NCBI GenBank assembly: GCA_013265495.1
Contig: MU058718.1
Span: forward strand, 4,299,648-4,363,647
Reading direction: 5' to 3'
Length of the DNA: 64,000 bases
From: Vicugna vicugna
Lineage: Eukaryota
Both the position numbers and the translations under genes were made by a program. Under the pieces are notes generated by a model. It saw nothing but the letters and a program-made list of their open reading frames with translations. It made no database searches and was not told where the DNA came from. Shown here piece by piece: positions 54,275 to 64,000 of this stretch (the first letter of the stretch is position 1; each line of letters opens with the position of its first letter).

Positions 54275-54769
54275 TAAATTGGGAGGATGGGGTGAGGAGA
54301 ATTCATTATATTGTTAATTATTCATGTGATAGTATTCTAAAACATGGGCAGTGAACATTTTTTCCATGTCAAAAGGCCATTGATACACTAGGATAATAAG
54401 GTGCGACACCAGTAAAATGTAATTTTATGTTAATCTTTGTTTTATCTGGAGGCCAGTATTTAGGCAGACCTCAGCCATTTAAAATAGCATTATGAATGTG
54501 GGAGATGAAGATCCGACAATTGAGGAAATTATTTGGTACTTTACATTTCGGGACTAGTGTGATACAACCAGTAAATTGTCAAATAGTTGTGTCATAAATA
54601 AGACAGCAGTTGAGACTCAGGATTATTGTTGTGTTTTCAGCGTCATCAGTCATAAGAGGAAGACTACTGATGGCCTCAACAGTCTTGCCTCTTTCCTCTT
54701 AATCCTTCCATTAGTTACCTATTCTATTTTGGAAATGTTTCATGAGCAACCTACAGCAAAATAAATTCC

Positions 54770-55720
54770 ATTTGCCTCAAAAATTTAAATTAAAAAAGTG
54801 AAATCATTGAAGTACTAAGTGAAAACATAGATTGAGATTGATAAATTTGGGGTGAAAAATACTTATAAGCCTAACAATGAAAACAAATATTGATAGATAT
54901 GACTGCTTAATTTTTAAAACTGCATAAGGCAGTTTAAAAATTGTAAGGCAGAAAGCATCATGAACTATATTTATCAGAAGTGAAAGACTGGGGAAAAGTA
55001 TTTCAACTTATATGGTAAATAAAGTGTTCATAATCCTTATATGCGATTTTCACAAATCATTCCAGTGGAAAAATGGACAAAGTGCTTAATTACACAATTC
55101 AATAAAGAATAAGACAGATGCCTTATAAAAGCATGAATACATGTATAGATTCACAAATTATTGAAAGATAAAAATGATAGTTTTCTTTCTCTGTCAATAT
55201 ATAAATGACTGGAAAGTTTGACAATACCAGTGTTACGAACAATGTAGAGAAACATGGGCAGATTAGAACATTATTTTTGGAAGATTATTTGACACTATAA
55301 TAACGTGATTTTTAAAGTTGATGTGCATAGCCTTTGACCCAGGAATTCCATTTCTAGGAATTTATCATAAGCTCATGAGGCAAGTGCTCAGGAAGGACTA
55401 TACCAAGGATATTCATGGTGTTTATAATGTATAACACTTGGGAAGAACCTAAATGTTTTGGTTGTGTTTTGGTTTTCTCCATTTCTTTGTGATTGTTACC
55501 TATTAAGTGTTCCCATTTATTTCTTGCATGAGTCACTTGGGTCAGACTTACCACAGCTGTTAGGTGGAAATTGGTCCCTGGTTGTTCCTCTTAAGTGGAA
55601 TTTTTCTCTTCTAACTAGACTCCAAGCAACTCCATTATTCAAAGCTAAATGTCTTTGAATAAGAGATTGGTTAAATAATCAAGAGAGACCCAACTAATAG
55701 AATACTATGTAATTTTTAAA
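54770..55720 (+). mobile_element. Very old L1 (L1ME-like) ORF2/3' fragments
   Basis: GACTGGGGAAAAGTATTT...GGAAAAATGGACAAAG...CCTTTGACCCAGGAATTCCATTTCTAGGAATTTATC. Confidence 0.6.
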
Positions 55721-56094
55721 AATAATGTTGAGCTATGTTTGTTTTTTTATCTCTTATGAATGTTTTTACAACATGCTTGTAGTAATTTTAAGGTTTTTGT
55801 TAGAAATGTGACATATACATCATAAGTGTACAGTTCAGTGAACTATCACAAAGTGAACATACTTGTATTAGTTACTGACAGAGATGTGGGTTGGGGGCAG
55901 TAAGACCAGCTGCTGATCCTTGTGCTTGTCTTTAAATTGTCTATGCACTTCTCTTTGCAAGTGATTCCTTTAACTGTCTTTCTGCCCCCTCCCCTGCAGG
56001 CAATAGCAGCTGCAGCTGCTGCTCACCTGAAACAGATTTTTGTATGTGGTTTTAGTGGTCAGTTTAAAAAATTTGTGTGATAACCTTCTTAAAA

Positions 56095-56440
56095 ACATTT
56101 TTTAAAAACTTTTGTTTTGAAATGATTATAGATTCACGGAAAGTTGCAAAGATAGAACAGAGAGGTCCGGTGTACCATTCACCCTCAGTTGTTACATCTT
56201 TCATAATTACATTACAATTTCAAAATCAGGAAATTGATTTTGGTACAATGTATGTATGTAGTTCTATGCATTTTGCCACTGTAGATTCGTGTAACCACCA
56301 TTGTAATCAGGACGCAGAATTCTTCCATAACCACAGAGGTCTTCCTTGTGATACTCCTTTATAGTGATATCCACCCCTCTTCCTCCCACCCTTGCACCCT
56401 GGCAACTACTAACCTGTTTCATCTCCATAATTTTGTTATA
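56095..56440 (-). mobile_element. L1 3' end (L1MB/MC-like)
   Basis: TTTTGAAATGATTATAGATTCAC...GTGTAACCACCA...CCCTGGCAACTACTAACCTGTT. Confidence 0.7.
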
Positions 56441-56506
56441 AATTGGGTCTTCAACAAAGGTAGTCTCAGAACGTTGGTAAAAAGGACATACCAGATACTC
56501 TTAAAC

Positions 56507-56685
56507 AGGAGTTGTTAAACTACAGTTGTGGCTCCTTTTTTGTAAAACCTCTGAGTTTAAGAATGGTTTTTACATTAAAAAAAAACACTCTTCAAAAAAA
56601 TGAAATAGAAACCATATGTAGCCCACAAACCCTTAAGTATTTATTATCTTGCCTTTCATGAAAAAAGTTTACTGACCTCTGCTCT
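56507..56685. mobile_element. MER58-like hAT element
   Basis: CAGGAGTTGTTAAACTACAG...GTATTTATTATCTTGCC...AAAAGTTTACTGACCTCTG. Confidence 0.6.
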
Positions 56686-57549
56686 TGAATAATAGACTCA
56701 TATTGTCTGAGCTAATACTGCTTGGACAGATGCCAGACTATCAGGGGACCAACTTAGGATTTGTAAGATTCTCTTTAGAAGCAAATTCTTTCATGAAAAT
56801 AGTGTTAACATATGATCTAGGACAGTCAGAATTAATTACAGAGGACTGAATAAACTGAAGAGAATCTGTGGTTGTTTTTTCCAGAGTGTTGATACTATTT
56901 TTATGATGGTTATATGATAAAACCCATTACCATTGTCTAACTTCTAATTTAGTAGACTATACTTCTGCAAATTGGGATAATATATTCTTTAAATGGTAGT
57001 TTACTCTCATTGATCCCTTAGATTTGAGTGACTTTAGGTAGAGAGGAATTTACGTACATTTATTGGCATACCACAGATGAAACCAATAGTGATAATTTGG
57101 TTGGTTCTATATTTGAGTTAGAAGCAAATAATTCTAAGTCTTTGGATTAATAGAGACTATTGAAAATAAAATCCCAAATTTCTTACGAATTCTCCAGGCA
57201 GCAGTGATTATTATCGCTTCAGTAACTGCTTAATACATTGTGACTCTACATTTGCTGACTATAGTCCAAGGAGGTTTATATATGTTAGTTATATTTCTTG
57301 CTGCACCTGTGTAAATAAATCAGTCCAAGAAGCAAAGAAGGTAGCTTGTTTGTGTGTATATGTGTGTAATCAAGAATAATTTTAGATGTTATGATCATGA
57401 GAAGAGACAATGAAAAATTGTCAAAAATTTGAAAAGAGCCAAAAAGGGCAAAATGCATTTTAGTATCCTGCCAGGTGTTGTCAAGCAGGCACTCCTGGTG
57501 ATTATTTTTTTCCCTAGGGATGTGTATCATTGATTTGCTATTTATTCTT

Positions 57550-57701
57550 ATTAATTAAAAATTTATTATTTATTTTATTTATTTTGCAGGGGAAAGGCAG
57601 TTAGGTTTACTTATTTATTTTAGAGGAGGTACTAGGGAATGAACCCAGGACCTTGTGCATGCTGAGCATGTGCTCTACCACTGGGCCGTACCCTCCCCTG
57701 C
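57550..57701 (-). mobile_element. tRNA-derived SINE (Vic-1-like)
   Basis: Same family as 23862-23991; degenerate TSD TGATTTGCTATTTATTCTT (57531-57549) / TGATTAGCTATTTACTCTT (57702-57720). Confidence 0.8.
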
Positions 57702-57829
57702 TGATTAGCTATTTACTCTTGATTAGGCTCTTTTACAACTTGGCAAGGGTGGACTTTAACTTGTAGAAAACTGATGCAGATTAATTTTATCTAGTAGAGA
57801 TTTAAATTATTTCTGTCTAGAGAAAAGAT

Positions 57830-58920
57830 ACCTGCAGAGATTGCAGTTTTATTGCCCTAAATTGGCAGTCTTACAGTTACTCTTCTCTCACCTACTGTAA
57901 GTACTTCACTTCATTCCTCTTAGAACCAGTTTTGCCATCTAGTTGATTCTCTCATTAAATAACTTTTTGACAGTTATAAAAATAGTATATTGTCTTCTGG
58001 TGACCATTGTTTCTAATGAAACCAGTATCAATCATATTATTGCTCATTTGAAGGTAATCTCTCCTTTTTATCTGGGTGCTTAAAATTCTTTTATCTTTGT
58101 CGTTGGTTTTCAGTAGTTTTGCTATGATGTGCCTAGTTGATTTTCCCTTGTAATTACCTTCTGGGGTTCAAAGTGCTAGAATCTGTGAGTTTGTGTTTTT
58201 CATCAGTTAAATTCAGCTGTATATTCTTTTGACCTATCTTCTAATTAACTAAGCTTATTGCTATCAGACAAAAATCATTTAGAATTGTTTGTAATTTTTT
58301 ATTATCTGATCCACCTGAGTGCCTGTTTTTATAGTCTGTTCTTTGATTTTAATTACATTGTCCTGTCTCTTCACATGGCAGATTATTTTATCGTGTGCCA
58401 GGCATTGAGTAGGAGAGTATAGATACAGTTTGAGACCAAGAACAATGTTTTCTTCTTGAGAGAGGATATTTGCTTTTGACAAGTAGTTGAGGACACAAGT
58501 AATCCCAGATTACTTTACTCCAGTCAAAAATTGAATTGATTAGGAGCTGGGCCTGGGAGAGCTCAAATATTTCCAATTCACTGCTTCTCCTGGGATGCAG
58601 CCTTTTGGGATCTCTATTCATAACTGGACTTATCAGGGATATTCTCCCCACCCCCAACACACACCTTTTACTTAGACCCTGAATTCCAGTTTTTATTCTC
58701 CTTAGTTGTCCTGTGAGTCTATCAGAATTTATGCTCAGCTTCTCAGCCTGTCAGCTACTTCTTAACTGTTAGATAACTGATCCTAGGGAAAAAGTAGCTG
58801 CAAGTGTGGAGCTCACCTTTCTGAGTTTTCTTCTAGGTTTTGGTCCTATAAATGTTTACTTCCTTGTTTGCATTTTTTGTTTCTTAAAAGACATACTTTA
58901 TTTTGTCCAGTTTTTCTTTT
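57830..58920 (-). mobile_element. Old L1 5'/ORF1 remnant
   Basis: TATTGTCTTCTGG...CATTGTTTCTAATGA...TTTTGCTATGATGTGCCTAG is reverse ORF1-type DNA. Confidence 0.5.
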
Positions 58921-59570
58921 TTCTTTTTTTTCATTTGGACAGTAGTTAGAATTACCTAGACTATCATTTAAATGAAAAATGTTTATACAACTAGTACTAA
59001 ATACATGCTTAGTACATAGAGAAATTCATAGAATTAAAATGGAAGGTCTTACCACTCCTAGCCCAACCAGTTCCTCATCCCAAAGTAACCACTATTATAT
59101 TCAGTGTCCTATTTATGGTCCCCCCTACTCCACCCTGCTGCCTCGAGTTGAAACAAGAGAGTTTTTTTCATTTGAGGGGAAGTCTCTAGAATTTAAGTAA
59201 TTGCAAGCTGTCTAGGTTCCAGTGGTCCAGTTAGTGTTGAGTTTGAAATAGATATTCAGGATTTATATGTGAGAGTATGTGCTTGGGAATTTTCACTACT
59301 CACTGTGGTATCTAAAAGAGGTATGTAGAGCTTCAAGATTGCTCTTTCTTCTCTTTATACCAGGGTTTGACCTTCTAGTCTTCATGCCTGGAATTGTGAT
59401 GTATGGTTCATCTAGAGTTGATCAGACCTTGGGTAAAGAGGCTATTGCTACTCAAACTCATTTAAGAAAGTCAGTTTATTAATTTGTGATGAGAAGATTC
59501 CAGTAAGAAAGACTCTGGAGAAGTAAGTTAAGATCAGAAAGTGGTTTGTTGAGTACATCAAAGTCAAGTG

Positions 59571-59862
59571 CAGTATTTCCCAAAATATGTTTCTTGACAC
59601 CACTTCCATGAGATAATAGCCTAGAAAAATGGATCCCATAGTATTAAAAGTTTGAGGAACTTTGAAAATAAGTAAGGTTAAAAAAAATTTTTTTTAACTC
59701 TAGGACTCACCAGTGCCTTTAATATGATACTATGATGTGTATATCCCCTAGAGAAGGAATATGTTACATACAAACTCCCAAAACTTATTTGATCAGTTTT
59801 TGTTTTTTTTTTAATGAGAGTAGTGGGAGCCATCTTACAGAATACTTTTGGGAAACCCTGGT
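59571..59862. mobile_element. hAT-Charlie-like non-autonomous element
   Basis: Inverted termini CAGTATTTCCCAAAA ... TTTTGGGAAACCCTG. Confidence 0.6.
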
Positions 59863-60186
59863 TTAAGGAAGTCCCTTTCAGGAAAGTAACTGCCTTACTG
59901 GAATCTTCCAGATGTTCTTGATAACTGCACAATTTGATCCAGTGAGCATTTATTGAGCAATTTCTGTGTGCCAGGCTCAATGGCCAGATCTATTTTTGAA
60001 GTCACATCTTTATGAAGCAACCAGACACTATATGGGCTTCTATCCAAGCCCCCTACTTTCCTTTTCCTGTTAACATTTCTGTTCTTTAAGTTAAATAAGT
60101 GTTTAAATTTTTAAATGCATGGTGTCTTTGAAATTAGAACCTTTAACAATAGGTGCTACTCTTTCTGCACCTCTTCAGGTTATCTA

Positions 60187-60495
60187 CAAGCATACTTCAT
60201 TTTACTGAGCTTTGCTTTACTTTGCTTCTGAAAATACTGCATTTTTTACAAGTTGAAGGTTTGTCGCAACCCTGCATTGAGCAATTTTTTGTTGTCAGCA
60301 CCATTTTTTCCAACAGCATTTTTTCACTTCATGTCTGTGTCACATTTTGGTAATTCTTGCAATATTTTAAACTTTTTAATGACTGTTGTATTTGCTATGA
60401 TGATCTATGATCCCGTGATATATTTAATGGTACTACTAACAACTTGCTGAAAGCTCAAATTATGGTTAGCAGTCTTTAGCAATAACTTATTTTTA
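60187..60495 (+). mobile_element. Tigger1 5' fragment
   Basis: TA|CAAGCATACTTCATTTTACTG...TTTTTTACAAGTTGAAGGTTTGTCGCAACCCTGC matches the Tigger1 left end as I recall it; no right TIR visible. Confidence 0.75.
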
Positions 60496-61503
60496 AAGCC
60501 ACAGTGTTTGTAGACCTGCCTCAATTAAGTGCAGCAGTAAGTTCATGTTCTATGACCAGCTTCTAAGTAATTGCTGAAGCATTTATGAGTATTTTCATGG
60601 TTGCTTCTTTATATTTTAATTATACAACAACCCCTAGCTTCACACTCTAATAAATTTGAAAGTTGGTGTTCTTTGGGCAGTTTTATTTTCATTAGGTTTC
60701 TCCCCTCTTTTTTATTGAAAAGATTCTGTAACAGTATTAAATTTTTGAAAGTCTTAATCCTCACTCTTTAATAAATATTTTAATTTTTCCCTGTATTTTC
60801 CTTCCACTTCCCAGGATACAGGATTTTTTTGTCTTCTATTTTTCACTTAACATTATAAACATTTTCCTACTTTTTTTTATATAGCTTCTTAACAGCTTTT
60901 TAATATTTTGTCATATTGATATAATGTATTTTACAGCTTTCCCAGTTTTTACATATAGGCTGTTTCCAGTTGTTTTCTGTTGTAAATAAACTGCAGTTTA
61001 AGCATGTAGCTTTGGTTTTACTGAGTTACTACTTTAGGTCACAGTACCAAATGTGGAATTACTTGGGCAAAGGGAGTAAATATCTTTATTGATTTTGCCA
61101 CATAACTAATTGCAGGCAAAAGTATCAATAGCTCTTTGTTTGGCTTCTGGAATATATTTGTTCTTTTTTTCATTAATAAGCCATAGTGTTTGTAGACCTG
61201 GCTCAACCAACAGTAAATTCAGCTGGTAGTTATCAAAGTGTTGATTGATTATTCTGCTTCTAATAGTGACCTCTGCAGAACCATCAATGAGTTTAAGGTT
61301 GCTTTAGATTCCTCCATTATGTTTCACACTTGGGATGTTTAGATTTATTTATCTTATTTCATAATCTGTGTTGGAAAAGTGCAAGGAGCACTGTTTAGAT
61401 GAGACTCAAATGCTTTTTGTTTGTAACTTCATTTTTCAGTCTTGAATGAGTTTTTAAGAGGCTGCATTTTCTTTCTCAATTTTTAAAAATGTTTTAAGAA
61501 TGA

Positions 61504-61692
<189 letters not shown>

Positions 61693-62110
61693 TAACATGT
61701 TTTGCTTATTAACTCATTGCATATTATAGTACATAGTGAAATAGATCATATGTCAGAATATGAAAGAACTGCCACATAAGAAATATTTTGTTTACTTGCA
61801 TAAGATAACTAAATTTAGGTTGCTTGAACTACATAAATAGGCAGTTAACTGTAAGCAATTAAGCCTTATTTGGGAGGAGTAAATATGTTTTTTTAATCTT
61901 AAGTGTGATGCTACTTCAGATGTTTATGATTTTTTTGGTAAGGTGAGGGGATTTTTTTGCTATTCTGTGAGAAGACAAATGGGTATCTAGGGCAGAGTGC
62001 AAAAGGAGGTAAGAATTCTGGTTTAGCTAAAAAACAGGAGTATGGTGGGAAAGGTGCTGACTGTAGCTGTACTCTTCTGGTTGGAGCCTTTGCTGACCAA
62101 TAGGCTACAG

Positions 62111-62285
62111 CAGTGGTTCTCAGTTTAGCATGCATCGGAATCACCTAGCGGGCTTGGTGAAATAGGATTCCTGCCTCCCCCTACCCCCAACACCATTTCT
62201 GATGGTACAGGGCCTGGGAATTTGCATTTCTAATAAGTTTCCAGGTGATATTGATGCTGAATTGGGTACCACAGTATCTTTGAGT
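62111..62285. mobile_element. MER5A-like hAT element
   Basis: CAGTGGTTCTCAG...TGCATCGGAATCACCT...GAATTTGCATTTCTAATAAGTTTCCAGGTGAT. Confidence 0.75.
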
Positions 62286-62674
62286 TCTTATTAAATGCTA
62301 AATTACGTAAAGCTATTTCAGATGTTAAGATATATCACCCATCTCCACATTTAACTGTTGCATAAAAATGCCTCTTTCATGTCATATGTGAGCACACTGA
62401 TGATAAGCAGTATAACTTAGTTGAAAAAGTATTGATTTTGCTTGGAAAACTTGGTTTGAAGTCCCAGATGCTGTTAAGGAGCCTACTAACCTTAGATAAA
62501 TTATTTTTATGACCTATTTTTTTTTAACATATAAGATCAACTGATTCCTCTTGTATTTTAGAGTATTTTGAAGGTCAGGGGGATTGATACATATGGAAGT
62601 ATTGTGAATATGAATATTGCTCTAAGGTTTATTAAATGTAAGATACTAAGAGGTATGTCAATTTTGTTTCACAG

Positions 62675-62742
62675 ATTGACTGAAATAATAAGCAGTGCAC
62701 CTAAAGGTGAACTATTGAAGAGAGTTCTTAACCCATTGCTTC
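62675..62742 (+). CDS. NEMF: NEMF coding exon 6
   Basis: tcacag| LTEIISSAPKGELLKRVLNPLL(P) |gtaagt; 68 nt; overlaps ORF 62568..62750. Confidence 0.95.
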
Positions 62743-63675
62743 GTAAGTAATCCTACGTAGAGCAATGTAACGTTTGTAAGATAGTATGGTTTTCAGAAAT
62801 ATATTTAAAACATTTAAATCTAGTTCTAGTAGAAATTTAAATCTATTCCTAGTAGAAAATTAGAAAACAACTTGATAAATGTAGAAAGGAGTTTAAAATG
62901 ATCTTTTGAGTAAATTGGGATTTATTTTCAAGGAAAGAAATTTGTTATACCACTTAAACTTTGACCTGTATCTGTTTGATCTTATTTAAAAGCAATACAG
63001 TTATGTAAACTAATAGTATGTTGTCTAGCACTTGAGTTCTAGCTGTGGTTTTGTAAGAAATTGGGTTTTTTTGTTTCCATTGTGAATCATTTTGGTTTAA
63101 TAACTCATTTAGTTTGGTTGGGTTTTCTCTGTTTTTTGTTTGTTTGTTTGTTTTTTATTGTTGAGTCTCCGGGTATCCCAAGATCTGCCAGGTACTTTTA
63201 TTAACCAGGCTAAAGATAACCCAATAAACTTTTATACTTGAGAAAATCACCACTTATCCCTATACTAAGGAATCTGGGGAGGACATATAGGAAGGCAGGT
63301 ACCATTGATTACAAAGGGAGTTACTCTTCCTCTCCTATGAAGTTAGAATGCATCAAAAAGTTATCTTTAAAATTTTCCGTCTGTTAGTATAGCATGTGTC
63401 AAATTTGTAAATTTGGATTTTTCTATTTCTTTATTTTGTTAATATGGTATATTACAATAACCAACTTTTGGATGCTAAACCAACCTTGCTTTCCTGGTTT
63501 ATAATTCTAAATGTGGCTAAATTCTATTTAAATTCCTATAACTTTTACACTGACTTCTATAATTTCATTATAGTCTCAAATTTGTATAAGTACTTGAATT
63601 GTCATTTTTAGTACCATTTCAAACTAAGAAAACTAATTGTTATTTTCACTGGTTACTGTTATTGAGTAGATTATT

Positions 63676-63815
63676 TTCGTTCTTTCTTTTTTTTGTGGGG
63701 GGAGGTAATTAGGTTTATTTATTTACTTTTTTTTTTTATGGAGGTACTGGGGATTGAACCCAGGACCTCGTGCATGCTAGGCATACACTCTACCACTGAG
63801 CTATACACTCCCCCC
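63676..63815 (-). mobile_element. tRNA-derived SINE (Vic-1-like), ~90 bp upstream of NEMF exon 7
   Basis: Minus strand reads GGGGGGAGTGTATAGCTCAGTGGTAGAGTGTATGCCTAGCATGCACGAGGTCCTGGGTTCAATCCCCAGTACCTCC...AACCTAATTACCTCCCCCC. Confidence 0.88.
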
Positions 63816-63906
63816 TAGATCATGTATATTTGGATATACATTTGTATTCTGTTTTGAATATGAAATTTTATAGGAAAAATACTAAAAATATCTTCTGCTT
63901 TTATAG

Positions 63907-63993
63907 CCTATGGACCAGCTGTCATAGAACACTGTTTAATAGAAAATGGATTCTCTGGCAATGTCAAAGTGGATGAAAAATTTGAAAGTAAAG
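63907..63993 (+). CDS. NEMF: NEMF coding exon 7 (gene continues beyond the window)
   Basis: ttatag| [28 protein letters not shown] |gtacgt; 87 nt, cumulative 661. Confidence 0.94.
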
Positions 63994-64000
63994 GTACGTC

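Overview
Mammalian genomic DNA, most likely camelid: it carries five copies of a tRNA-derived SINE with the '...AACCTAATTACCTCCCCCC' tail that I recall as camelid Vic-1-like (not database-checked). The window is the ARF6 / 7SL / 7SL / NEMF neighbourhood, matching my recollection of the human 14q21 order NEMF-RN7SL3-RN7SL2-ARF6 in reverse orientation. It contains: (1) ARF6 on the minus strand, with an intronless 175-aa CDS, a predicted 100-nt 5'UTR intron, a CpG-island promoter and a ~2.7-kb 3'UTR with two AATAAA signals; (2) two full-length 299-nt 7SL (SRP RNA) genes on the plus strand, 9,976 bp apart and differing at one base; (3) coding exons 1-7 of NEMF on the plus strand, which splice in frame to 661 nt, with the gene continuing past the window; (4) an orphan CpG island at ~32.2-33.0 kb with tandem CTCF-like/GC-box motifs; (5) many transposons (L1, L2, MIR, ERV1 solo LTRs, an ERV-L gag-pol remnant, MaLR LTRs, Tigger, hAT, SINEs), often nested. 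Apart from ARF6, the listed ORFs are chance frames, antisense shadows, transposon remnants or partial overlaps with NEMF exons. I find no evidence of a new protein-coding system. The best leads are non-coding: the homogenised 7SL pair with unrelated promoters and a helix-breaking G5A variant, an L1-retroposed LTR R-region-like element, the CTCF/GC-box array, ARF6 uORFs and G-quadruplexes, and a candidate in-frame cryptic NEMF exon. Repeat boundaries and family names were assigned by eye and are approximate unless a target-site duplication (TSD) is quoted.
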